DNA of 64,000 nt from assembly GCF_964355755.1 (NCBI RefSeq), contig NC_092673.1, positions 28,393,648 through 28,457,647 on the forward strand. The letters are read 5' to 3'. The DNA is from Antedon mediterranea. Lineage: Eukaryota > Animalia > Echinodermata. The position numbers and the translations under genes were made by a program. Each line of letters starts with the position of its first letter. Positions within the stretch are counted from its first letter, which is position 1. Below, one piece after another: positions 1 through 11,649 of this stretch. Under the pieces are notes generated by a model. The model did not search any database, was not told where the DNA came from, and saw only the letters and a program-made list of their open reading frames with translations.

Positions 1-84
1 CCAGGAATGACCTGGTTTAATGTTTTTAAAGTAATATATATGTATTATTTTTACAAAACGTCACAAATTGTAGGGAAGGTGTCT
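1..84. mobile_element. Right end of a Kolobok-like non-autonomous element (diverged relative of 18003-18628)
   Basis: Aligns by eye with 18545-18628 and ends GTAGGGAAGGTGTCT|TTAA. Confidence 0.7.
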
Positions 85-232
85 TTAAACGTAACTTGAT
101 GGTGGCAGCCTGTTCCCAAGTACAACTATGTGTAGAAAGTTGCGACCTCTGAACCTGTGATTCACGAAGTTTAGTATAACAAAAAAAAAAAACAAAGTTT
201 AGTATAAATAATTTGGTAACATTTAAATTTAG

Positions 233-3200
233 GATGTTGCCATACAACACCAGAGATGATTGTTGGAGGACGTGCATTTGTGTGGCCAGTCATCCAACAG
301 ATGCAGAGACTGTCTCTTAACACAATGACGCTGTCCATCAGTACAGATAATGTCTACACCAGACTGGGAGTACCTATCTCGGTCACTGGAGTTGCTCAGG
401 TAAATTGATTGTAATTTAAATAAGTAAAGATCATGTAAACTTCAACTTTTAACACATTGACATTTTTGCAATATTTTAATTAATGTATTTGTATAATTTT
501 ATCTATTTGTCAACTTCATCACAGTAATCCATGATGCAAATAATGTCTATTTATTTATTCTTTCTTTCTACTGAATGACACTTTCTCCAAAGTGGTTCTA
601 AAAATAATTCAAAGAGAAAAGTAATTTACATAGTAGTAGTACACACACATTTACAAAACTATCTACAAAACATACAGTATATATAAAAACTGGAAGGAAT
701 TCAAGGTAAAAGATACTTTTAAGTATTAAAATACTTAATAAGTAATATTTTGAATTGAATTAAAATTTAATTTTTAGAATTTGTAAGAAATTTCTATGTT
801 TTATTTTAAAAAAATCAATTTTGAAGAATGCAAACAGAGGTCACATAAAGAGAGGCCTGTCAATAAAATTCCCTTCGATGTATGAAATAATGATAGATGC
901 TAGTTTGTTAGAGTACATTCAAATGTCAAATTTTATTTATTTAAGGTCAAAGTTCAAGGACAAAATCAAGAAATGTTGAAAGCAGCCTGCCAACAATTTC
1001 TCGGAAAATCTGAAAATGAAATCGAGCAAGTTGCTATGGAGACATTAGAAGGACATCAGAGAGCTATCATGGGAACAATGACAGTTGAGGTACCTCAAGT
1101 TTAATCTCTAGTATTCAAATCAGCAATTATTGATATGATTTGTAATTTTCATCAAATTTATTTTAACATATTTTATTTATTATTTTTTACAAATTGTTCA
1201 TTTATACTGGGTAACATTTTCAGTCAAAGAGTGGTCTCCCAGAGGGCCCATTAATGATCTGTGGCTGACTAATGAACTAGTAGACCGAGGTAACTCCTAC
1301 TCGTCTCGAAAGTGCACATGAGCCAGATGTGTACACTGGACTTATGGTTTATAGGTCCTATTTGAGAAGACTCTATCTACCACCAGAACCATGGAGTGAG
1401 TGAGGCTCGAACCCTTGTCTATGTTATGGCTACAGAATTAGGTTTCCACTGTCTTAACCGCTTGGCCGCTCACTCGCTTTTAATTTTCTTTAGCCTCCAC
1501 AACCCCGGCTTACATCCATTTCTTAAATCGTGCTTTTTGTAGCTGCAGTACATAAATGTTGAATTCATATTTGTTTGGTTAAATTATCACATTTGAACAA
1601 AACTCCAATCCTTATGATGTTCTTATTGTGTTAAACAATTATGAAAACCAAAACTGAAAACACAACTAGCTAAGCATTTGTCTACTAATTAAAATTGTGT
1701 CTTTTCGCATCAGTGAGCTTGTCTACATTGATATTTGATTCAGTAATGTTTTATTCAAAGAGTTGAAGCCATGTAGCTTATGTTAATGTAATCAGAAGCT
1801 TGCATCACATTTACTCAAAGTCACACTTAACATCGTTAAGCTCTATCTACACTATCAAACTTTTATGAAAACAAAATGTGATGTGCCCATATATGAACAT
1901 GATGATATCATATCACTACCATATTTGGGCATATCACCACCCTATTTAGGAACATCACACTTTTTTGTCAAACTAGTTTGATTGTGTAGACAGTACAGTA
2001 CCACAGAATATATATAATAATAAAATGAATGTTTTAAAAACTCTATGATATTATATTAAATCTATTTGTGCTCAATTATTTAGTACTATTAAAATATACA
2101 TCATTTTTTATTAATAATAGTAGTGTTTTCTTGGTTGAATTATTCAATAACTTAGTAGCACTGTTCCTACAACCTAATACTCTATTATTTCCTATTTGGA
2201 AGCACTAACAAGGATGTGATATTTATAAGAGATTACTGGCTCAACATTTAAATTCAGGATTTAAATTGGTTCATAGACAATAGTAAAAACCTTATTACTG
2301 TATATTAATTATTATACAGTACATGAAAATAATCTGTATATATTGCTTTGTGTTTACCAAAGGAATGGCTGCTTTTATTAGTATGTTTGAAATTAACACT
2401 GGAGTTGATTTATGTAATTTCCACATCTGATACTCACTTTATACATAGAGATATTATAGTTCACTATAATATCTCTATGCTTTATATGATTTGTGATACA
2501 TCAGGTTATGATGTATGCACACTAGTAATTTTACATTAAACCAGATTGATGTTGTGAATGTAACTATGTATTTAATGTTAATTGACTATCCATGAAGGGT
2601 TTATTCTGTACGTGACAAGCTTCACACTGTTGAATGTGATTTTTATATTTAAAAAATGACTGTTTGTGTTTTTGTAGGAGATTTACAAAGATCGCAAGAA
2701 GTTCTCAAAGAATGTGTTTGAAGTTGCCTCATCGGATTTGGTAAACATGGGAGTTTCTGTCGTCAGCTATACATTGAAAGATGTCAGAGACTCTCATGTA
2801 AGTCTAATGCTTTTGTTTTCTTAAATACACAATCTTTTTTTGGAGATGAAATAATTGTATAGTGTCATTCTTACTCATAATGGCTTTTTAGGGAGGTTTT
2901 TTCAACCACATGATTAATAATAATAATAATATCCTGGATTTATATAGCGCCTAATGTTGTGAACATTATTACCCCGGTCATTTTTGCATCAAACACGTAT
3001 GGAAGCATACTCCCATTATGCAGCTAGTAATCAGCGCAAAGTTGTGTCTTGATCTAACCAGGTACCCATTTATTCACCTGGGTGGAGAGAGGCAAACGTA
3101 AGTAAAGTATCTTGCCTAAGGATACACTCAACACGGCAGAGTTGGATTTGATCTCACGATCAGTAGTCTAACGTCCAACACATTGCACCACACAACCCTA

Positions 3201-6200
3201 CTGCTTCTCCCCTAACACATATACAACTACATGCACAATCATATTATGTCTTTGAATTAAGGTTCGACTGTCTTAACCGCTCAGCCACTCATGTTAGTGA
3301 GTGAGTGGTAGGCAGGAAAGATCATAACTAAATGGTTTTTTTACATAATTAAAAATATTAAATTTTGATTCTTTTAGGGTTATTTAAGAGCGCTTGGTAT
3401 GACTCGAACAGCTCAAGTAAAGAAGGACGCTCGCATTGGTGAGGCTGAAGCCAAGCGAGATTCTGGAATTAAGGTAAAAATTTGTTAATTTAGAAAACCT
3501 TTTTTTTTAAATGTTATTAGGTTTGAATATTTATTTTAGAACAAATCAAACGTTTACATTAAATTTTCTTGGATCATGTGTCAGTGCAGTTTATTAGTAC
3601 AGTATACAAATAATGAATTGTTATGAGTGCAATGGTACAAATATTTTCAGATGAAATGTTCTATTTTTACTATCCTCATTCATTCGAGTTAATTTTTTAG
3701 CAGCCAAATACAAATTTTTAATTAACAAGTTTTCTAAAGAGTTTTTAGAGTGGGTCTTGCATAACAACATCCCTGAGTTCATTTTATTCATTGTTATGAG
3801 TACAAATATTCAATTGCTTTCCTTTAATTGCAGGAAGCAAGAGCCGATGAAGAAAGAATGGCAGCCAGATACTTGAACGATGCAGAGATTGCCAAGGCTA
3901 AACGTGACTTTGAACTGAAGAAAGCAGCCTATGACATGGAAGTACAAACAAAGAAGGCAGAATCTGAGATGGCCTATGAATTGCAGGTAAGTTATTGATT
4001 GCTTTATAGAACCAACAGACATCAGTAAAAATACAGTATGAGCAGTATTACCGTCAGATAAACAACCCAAAACCACCACATCAGGAAATGAGTCAGCTCA
4101 GACAGCCATGACGAGTCGCGACCCGACGAGAGGTCACCATCGTATGATCCTGAGTTAGGCTTTAGCAGTCGGAATTAATAACTAGACATGAAACTCGTCA
4201 CTTTGACGAGTTAGTTATCCGCACCACGACAAACGCCACGTGCACGTCATACGTTGGAATATTGCACACAGATAAAGATTATGGCATTATGACAAGAACT
4301 GAAGAATATGATATGCTGTTAGTGCTGAATTCTGTCAATTTTGTGTCATATAGTATATACATGCAAACACTACAGTATAATCTGTATACATATTACATAC
4401 AGTGTAGAATAGGTGAAATTACGGGACCCGACATTTATTCCAATTTTTAACATGGCGACGGTATCAAAATGAAACACTTAGATAGCAATTTCAGAAGGAA
4501 ATTATCTTAGGAACAACATATTAACGTGTAGAAGAAATTTGAATACGTAAAATATAGATGCGCACCCTTTTAAATGTGATGAACTATTACGCAAAATATG
4601 AAAATACAACTTTTTTTATTCAACTGGCCATATGATGACGTCACAACATCCGATTGGCAAAATGTTTACATGAATTCGTATCTACAATCCAATAGCTTCC
4701 AGAAAACGTTTTAATCGTGATTATCACATTTTATTCTTACGAGCTATTACAGAATAAAATTTACTGTAAAGATGAAATTAATGACCCACGTAATTGAAAT
4801 TTTTAGGCATGATGACGTCATAAAAATTAAAATATTTTTATCTCATGCTAAAGAAAGTTGATTGACCTACACAATATATGTGACCCGATCTGGCAAAACC
4901 CTCTCTTTGTCGGCAATTCAAAATTCACGTAATCAGTCAAAATACGTCCAAATCGACTACCCTGGCAGATTACATGTTTTTGCATTTTCGAAATATTTCA
5001 CTATCTAAGAATACGTCTACCTGATTTAAACTCCCGAAATTTAACTAAAATTATGAAAAAAGAGAGTTTTAAAAACATGTATTTTCCTCAAGCCTAACAA
5101 TTTATTCACGATCTACGCTAAAATTTTGCGTAAATTCAGTTGAAAGTTGCCGAGTTTTAAGACATTTTGATCGCCAGTTCGCTGCACAATGTTGAAAGGT
5201 CACACATCAAAATAAAGCTCATCCATTTGACATTCCAAATATGGAAGTTTTAGGGCGGAGTTTAAAGAAGGAACCAATGAAAACTTTGATTTACTATGAC
5301 ATCATTTCAGAAAATTCGGTTCTTCGAAGTTTCTGGAACAGCGAACTGCGTGTGTTGCTATGGCGCATCATCGCAATAACAAACGTTATTGGTCAACGCG
5401 CTAGATGTTATACGCTCTACGCGCGGAAATAAAAAGTTGTTTACATTTTTGTGAGGTTATTTTTATTGTACACACAGCATGTCGTAAATTGGAATAAAAA
5501 CGATTTTAATATTCAAAGTAAAGTGTTCTGCAATAGCTGTAGTGTGTATTTGTTTATTCCATAGTAAAATAGACAAGTCAAAAACAATTCACGTCATAAA
5601 TTCAATTGTATTTTCTATATTTTTTTGGGCTAGTAGGCCCTAGGCCTAATTTTATTATGGTTGTAGGCCTACTACTACTGGGCCTAGCTTTATATTATTG
5701 TCAATAGTTTTATTTATACATTTTATATATCCAATCGGCTCTTAATTATTTATTTAATTTATTGTCCATTCCTTTCATATTAAATGTTTTTTTAAATCAT
5801 TGGATTCAAGCCCAAACATCACAGCGAATCTTCCACGTTATAAAAAAAAACAAATGTAATCGTCAATACAGTGTAATGTTAGCTTGCAATTAGCTGTGAC
5901 TCTGCAAGGCGCCTAACTTGTCTAGACTAACGCTAGCCCCCGTGTCGATGCACCGCTGCCATACACGGCCTGATGAACACCCATCATCAGTAGGTCTTAA
6001 TACAGGCGATGACGGCGAAAATCTGAATAGGCGCGCCTAGGCCTAGGCCTGCTTGGTTTTTTGCCGTTGATATCGTAAACACTTCCGAAACCAGTTAACA
6101 TTAGCTTGGTAGTTATAATGCTGCTTTTCAATAGTGCAAATTAGTTAATTCGAGTGACTAAATAGGTTAAAACGGCGTCTGAAATCAGTGAAATCATGGA

Positions 6201-9200
6201 CCCGTGGACACCCATATAAACTCAAGTTTAAAAGCTCTCGTCTTAATATTAGGAGGGACACGTTCTCCAGGAGAGTTATTCTCTTATGGAATGCTCTGCC
6301 TACGGATGTAGTTTCATGTGCTACGGTGAACTTGTTCAAAGCAAAACTTAACGTCGCATGGTCTAACCACCCGCTGAAGTTTTCACCCTATATAGAATAT
6401 GATTTTATTGCTAAGAGGGGCTTTTAAGCACTGAGTGCTTTGCCTCGATCCCGTAGACGAAAGTGTACGGGAAACAAGTAAAGTAAACAAGTAAGTAAAG
6501 AATAAATTGACCATAGTGTCCACGCTGCTGCTATATCGCACACACTTCCTGGTATGACGTCATTGTGCCTTAGACCAAAATAGCGCGTTGCTACGGAGTG
6601 AGTTTTCAGCGCGTATCAAAAAGAATTTCATTGCAAACTTCAAACGCGATTTTCTCGTAAACTAATTGAATGATTTGTAAGTTTTTAAAATATAATAACT
6701 TTTTAAATATTTACTCAATTTTTATGAAATAAACACCATTGCAAAGCTTATGATTCAAATAATCCAAATATATAAAAAAATACAAAATGAATATTTCCGA
6801 CAAAAGTAGGGTTTTGCCAGATCGGGTCACATATAAATGTAAAAAAAGGAATATAGATAAGCGTGATGCGCTCCATTGAATGTGATGAGCAATAACGAAA
6901 GAGACAAAAATCCTATATTTTACATTCGTGTGGCTATACGATGACGTCACAATGTTTTTTTTAGCCTTATCGATGCATGATCCGTTATCTACAACTCATC
7001 AACTTCTAGATTTTGTAATAAAAATAAACGGTTCACGGTTTACTTTAGAAACTATGACTGTTTAAAAAAAGACAAAATTTTGACGATTTTTTAAGCTTTT
7101 TCATAAAAAACGCGCATGAAATGTTTATTGAAATTGGAAAAGGTCTAAATTGTTTTCAAAATTACTAGGAAAGGCTTGAAAAATATAATTCAAGAGAAAA
7201 AAATATGTTTTTAACGCTACGTGCGCACCGCGTGCGTAAAAAATTGCGCGCCCGTGGGAATTTTTGACATGCTCAAAAATGATTTCAATCCCATATAGGA
7301 GGCTGCTAAGATAAAGCAGGCCATCAAGGAAGAACAAATACAAATCTTCTGATAATCTTCTTAATCCATGATTTCAATCCCATATAGGCTGCTAAGATAA
7401 AGCAGGCCATCAAGGAAGAACAAATGCAAATCTTCTGATAATCTTCTTAATCCATGATTTTAATCCCATACAGGCTGCCAAGACAAAGCAGGCCATCAAG
7501 GAAGAACAAATGCAAATCAAGGTAGTGGAAAGAGCTCAGCAGATTCAAGTACAAGAACAGGAGATTCAGAGACGCGAGAAAGAGTTGAACGCTCAAGTGA
7601 AGCAACCAGCGGAAGCTGAGAAATACAGACTGGAAACCATTGCTGCTGCTAACAAGTACGTTTTTAAAATGACGTGTAAAGCTCTGTCTACACTATCAAA
7701 CTATTTTGACAAAAAAATTGTGATGTGCCCAAATATGGTGGTGATACGCTTAAATATGGTAGTGATTGGACATCATCATATCCATATATGTGCATATCAC
7801 ATTTTTTTGTCACATAAAGTTTGATAGTGTAGACAGAGATTAAGAAATTTATTCCTGTTCATCCGCGATTTCCCTCCTGGTTCCCAATGTGATGAGGCAA
7901 ATGCTCTTGCATAGTGTACAAATATTATTGACTTAATTATCTTTCTAATCAAATCAATTTTATTCATCTCATCAAAACAATACACGCAGCAAAAAGGTGT
8001 AACAAATTTAAAGAAGAGAAATGGATCTCCATGAAACCCCAAGGGCTTGTGATAGGGAACCCACTACAAACTAGCACTTCTAGGAAATTTATTCTGCCCA
8101 TCCCCTGTTTCCCAACTATATAATGTTGCTAAATTTAAACAGGCAAGTATCTATACAGTAATAGAATATTGACACAGTGTTCGCACAAGTAGTATCTGAC
8201 TTAATATTTTATAATTATTTTAGGAAGAAAATTATTCTGGAAGCAGAAGCTTCCTCTGAAGCTGTCAGAGTAAGTAACTAATATTAAGAATTAAAAGAGC
8301 ATAATACAAGCAGTGATAATGGATTGTAAAGCTCTGTGTACACTATCAAACGTTATGTGACAAAAGAATGTGATACGCCCATATGGATGATGATGTCATA
8401 TCAATACTATATTTGAGCATATCACTACCATATTTGAGCATATCACTGCCATATTTGAGCATATCACTGCCATATTTGAGCATATCACTACCATATTTGA
8501 GCATATCACTACCATATTTGAGCATATCACTGCCATATTTGAGCATATCACTACCATATTTGAGCATATCAGCCCTTTATTTTCTCATTATTGTACCATT
8601 GTCTATGTACCTCTATTTTTCTCTTTGAGTATTGATGTATATGTATTTTTAATAAAATAAAATATCACTACCATATTTGAGCATATCACTACCATATTTG
8701 AGCATATCACTACTATATTTGAGCATATCACTACCATATTTGAGCATATCACTACCATATTTGAGCATATCACTACTATATTTGAGCATATCACTACTAT
8801 ATTTGAGCATATCACTACCATATTTGAGCATATCACTGCCATATTTGAGCATATCACTACCATATTTGAGCATATCACTACCATATTTGAGCATATCACT
8901 GCCATATTTGAGCATATCAGCCCTTTATATTCTCATTATTGTACCATTGTCTATGTACCTCTATTTTTCTCTTTGAGTATTGATGTATATGTATTTTTAA
9001 TAAAAATAAAATATCACTACCATATTTGGGCACATCACCTTTTTTTGTCAAGCTAGTTTGATAGTGTAGACAGAGCTTTATAATTGTTTTTTTCAACACG
9101 TTTGTCTAGTATTGAATCATTCCATTTTACATCCTTCTTTATTTGCTTATGACGTTCGTTTGTTGCATTCTTCTGTCCAGGTACGTGGAGAGGCAGAGGC

Positions 9201-9958
9201 ATATGCTATTGAAGAGAAGGCAAAAGCAGAAGCTGAACAGATGGCCAAGAAGGCTGATGCCTGGAAAGACTATCAAGATGCCGCTATGATTGACATGGTT
9301 CTTGAAACTCTTCCAAGAGTAAGTACATTTTATACCTGCTAACTTCCACACATAATGCAGATGAACGCCATTGTTTTGTTTTCACGACACTCCAAGCGGT
9401 TATGCGCCAATTGAAATATGCATAGCCGCGTAAAAACGAAACATTGACATTCGATTGGATTTGCCGGCGTCGGACCGGAACCGTGCCGGAACAGGTGTAA
9501 AAGAACCTTAAGCCTAACCAAGTATCTAATTCTAACAGGAACACTTACCCTTCTGTTATATAAAATAGTGTTCATCTTGACAAATACTGTAATTAACATT
9601 TGTGTAACTTATGTAGGTTGCTGCTGAAGTGGCCGCTCCACTGGCTCAAGCCAAGAAGGTGACAATGGTGTCTTCTGGTAAGGGTGACGTCGGTGCCAGC
9701 AAACTGACCGGTGAGGTTATGGACATCATGGACCGTCTACCAAAACTTGTTCAAAGTATGACTGGTGTTGATATCCATAAGGTACGGTATTTTACAAATA
9801 AGTAGCCATTAGGTGAAAATGAATTTTTAAAAAAATAAATAAAATATATATTAAAAATACAAATCAAAAGTAATTATGATAATTATTGAAACATGATTTT
9901 AAAGTAATAATATATTTACGTTTTTCATTTACAGAGTATCGCTCAAACGAGAGTCTAA
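233..9958 (+). CDS. FLOT1: Flotillin-1 (SPFH/band-7 family); first coding exon lies upstream of the window
   Basis: Ten GT-AG exons splice in frame: 233-399, 946-1089, 2678-2797, 3378-3473, 3834-3986, 7474-7655, 8224-8269, 9181-9318, 9617-9781, 9935-9958 (TAA). Translation includes [111 protein letters not shown] and [13 protein letters not shown], all matching flotillin-1 as I recall it. Confidence 0.96.
1195..1477 (-). mobile_element. tRNA-derived SINE
   Basis: The minus strand begins GCGAGTGAGCGGCCAAGCGGTTAAGAC (A box) and contains GGTTCGAGCC (B box), followed by a body and a LINE-like tail. A short fragment of the same head recurs at ~3266-3290. Confidence 0.7.
1839..1993. mobile_element. 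PIF/Harbinger-type MITE copy
   Basis: Left TIR AGCTCTATCTACACTATCAAAC after TTA; internal 21-bp ATATCACTACCATATTTGGGC units; right end GTTTGATTGTGTAGACAG. Confidence 0.85.
2444..2479. mobile_element. 36-bp palindromic TIR remnant with 7-bp TSD (P-element-like footprint)
   Basis: CATAGAGATATTATAGT-TC-ACTATAATATCTCTATG, flanked on both sides by CTTTATA. Confidence 0.7.
2915..3192 (-). mobile_element. tRNA-derived SINE with CORE-like central domain and (TTA)n tail
   Basis: Minus strand shows a degenerate tRNA head, then GTATCCTTAGGCAAGATACTTTAC...CCTCTCTCCACCCAGGTGAATAAATGGGTACC, and a 3' tail GGCGCTATATAAAT...(TTA)n. Confidence 0.7.
4879..6831. mobile_element. Non-autonomous TIR DNA transposon with TGT...ACA termini and TATA TSD (Ginger-like)
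   Basis: Left TGTGACCCGATCTGGCAAAACCCT, right AGGGTTTTGCCAGATCGGGTCACA; the TIR extends imperfectly to ~40 bp. TATA at 4875-4878 and 6832-6835. No transposase ORF. Confidence 0.85.
6190..6500 (+). mobile_element. 5'-truncated CR1-type LINE (ORF2 C-terminus plus 3' UTR)
   Basis: [51 protein letters not shown] is the characteristic CR1 ORF2 tail. It is followed by stem-loop CCCGTAGAC-GAAA-GTGTACGGG and an (AAGTA)-like tail. Confidence 0.88.
7279..7518 (+). repeat. 86-bp tandem triplication spanning a flotillin intron/exon junction
   Basis: The GCTGC(T/C)AAG exon start recurs at 7302, 7388 and 7474, each preceded by AG. Confidence 0.92.
7680..7840. mobile_element. PIF/Harbinger-type MITE copy
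   Basis: TAA|AGCTCTGTCTACACTATCAAAC ... GTTTGATAGTGTAGACAGAGAT|TAA; 3-bp TAA TSD. Confidence 0.9.
8330..9077. mobile_element. Harbinger-type MITE with internally expanded 21-bp minisatellite
   Basis: Both TIRs are intact. Inside are 8 and 12 copies of ATATCACTRCCATATTTGAGC (8398-8565, 8662-8913), each block followed by the same ~96-bp segment. Confidence 0.92.
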
Positions 9959-10414
9959 CATTCATCATGATCTTGTATATGGTAGACATCTTGCAATGGA
10001 TTTGTGCTGTTATACCAGACAACAATCTTATACAATGTAGTTTGTAAATAAAGTCTTGTATTATTTAGTATTATATTACAATTTTTATATGGAAATATTA
10101 GTATTTTATGCAGTTCCTAGCCGCACATTGTGGACGAAGAAGAAAATTACTAAATGTCGGTTGTAACTTGTTGTAATATGTGCACCTTTATTCTTTGATG
10201 AGTCTGTGATATTAGATAAAAGTTGGTTTATAAACAATTTTGAAATTCGTTTTGAACAAAAAAATCTTTGATGTTTGCTGCTAACCAAATGATATCTTCT
10301 ATGTTACATAAATATAACTGCTGAAACTACCGGAGAAAAACTGTCAAAATAAATTGTAATTTTACGTTTAGCATAGTCAATGCATTAAAGGGTAACAATA
10401 AAACAAAGTATACA

Positions 10415-10544
10415 ACTTTGTCTACACTATTTAACTAGTTTGACAAAAAAAGTGTGATGTCAAATATGGTAGTAATATGACGACATATATATGTGCACAT
10501 CACATTTTTTTGTCACATAAAAGTTTGATAGTGTAGACAGAGCC
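10415..10544. mobile_element. Harbinger-type MITE copy downstream of the flotillin stop
   Basis: TGTCTACACTAT ... GTTTGATAGTGTAGACAGAGCC|TAA. Confidence 0.8.
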
Positions 10545-11649
10545 TAATACAATTATTATGATTCATTTTGTTCTGTTATCATTCAACTGTTGCTTGTCAA
10601 TTTGTACTTGCATTGTGTGTGTGTACATACTGTTCAGATCCAAGCTGTCAGTATATTATAAAGATTATAAATTGGTGTAAGATTATATTAAATATTTATA
10701 CCAGTTGTTCCCAACATTACTTGCGATATTCATGAAAAAAAAATATTTAGTTATTTCATATGTTTATATTACATTTTCATGTGAATTTGATGATTATCTT
10801 TATTGCAATGTCTTGTATATTGGATTTATTATTGCGGTTGATAACGGGTGTTTTAATATTAAGAATTGTAAACCAATATTTATTGTTTTTGTGAAAACCA
10901 TAGTTGATATTTAGACTATATCATCTTTATTGTAGAAGGTACCCTAGTATGATATAAATTTACAGGCATAGAGAGATATACTAGATATTAATTAATTAAT
11001 TAAAAAATATAAATGTAAAACACCTCCCTTTTTATTCAAGAGAGTTTAAATAACCGAGGGGAAATATGTGCTCCCTTAATAGAGGTTTTACCAGGAAGAG
11101 TGCACCGGTTCTAGTATATGTTGAAATAACCACCAAGCAATTCTTTATTAATATTCCTGTGGGTACAAAGATAAATTGTGTATTTTTTGTAACAATTTAC
11201 AGCTTCCCAATATTTCTATTTTTTAGTAATCCCAAATCATTTTAACTCAATGTACATTATCATAAAATCTCATTATTTTAGTAAATTAGGGCTATCCTAT
11301 AACCAGGAAATGGGACAACACTCATATTATATAAAAATTAACATAAATGTTGTATAATTTTATAAGTACAGTACATTCATTATATAAAATTGGTATGTTC
11401 AATTTTATTAATTATTTTAATTACATTTTATTTATCAGTTACATTAGTAATACTGTAGTATAATGATATGTGATATTGGCTCTTATATAAATTGATGAGT
11501 GGTTTTCAATCTATAATTAATATTGAATTCCCTTAATTAATGTTATGATGATGCTATGTAAAATTCAATCTCTGTTTAATTAGATTGCAAATAATAAAGA
11601 TTATTTGAATGATGTTATTTTGGAATAAAATACATCATAGCAGGGAGAT

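Larger units (their letters stand above)
4181..7280 (-). mobile_element. Helitron/Helentron-like non-autonomous element (far boundary uncertain) hosting nested insertions
   Basis: The minus strand ends with hairpin ACTCGTCA-AAG-TGACGAGT followed within a few nt by CTAG|T at ~4182. CpG-richer, non-intron-like sequence continues on both sides of the 4879-6831 insertion to ~7280. Confidence 0.4.

Noticed and set aside
1395-1477. Possible tRNA gene
   Set aside because: A and B boxes are present but there is no clean cloverleaf, and the sequence continues into a SINE body and tail.
8346-8976. Repetitive ORFs (MLKYGSD)n, (SISLPYL)n and (MVVICSN)n, and a superficial CRISPR-like look
   Set aside because: They are translations of a 21-bp minisatellite inside a MITE within a flotillin intron. 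Units are contiguous with no unique spacers, and no cas genes are present.
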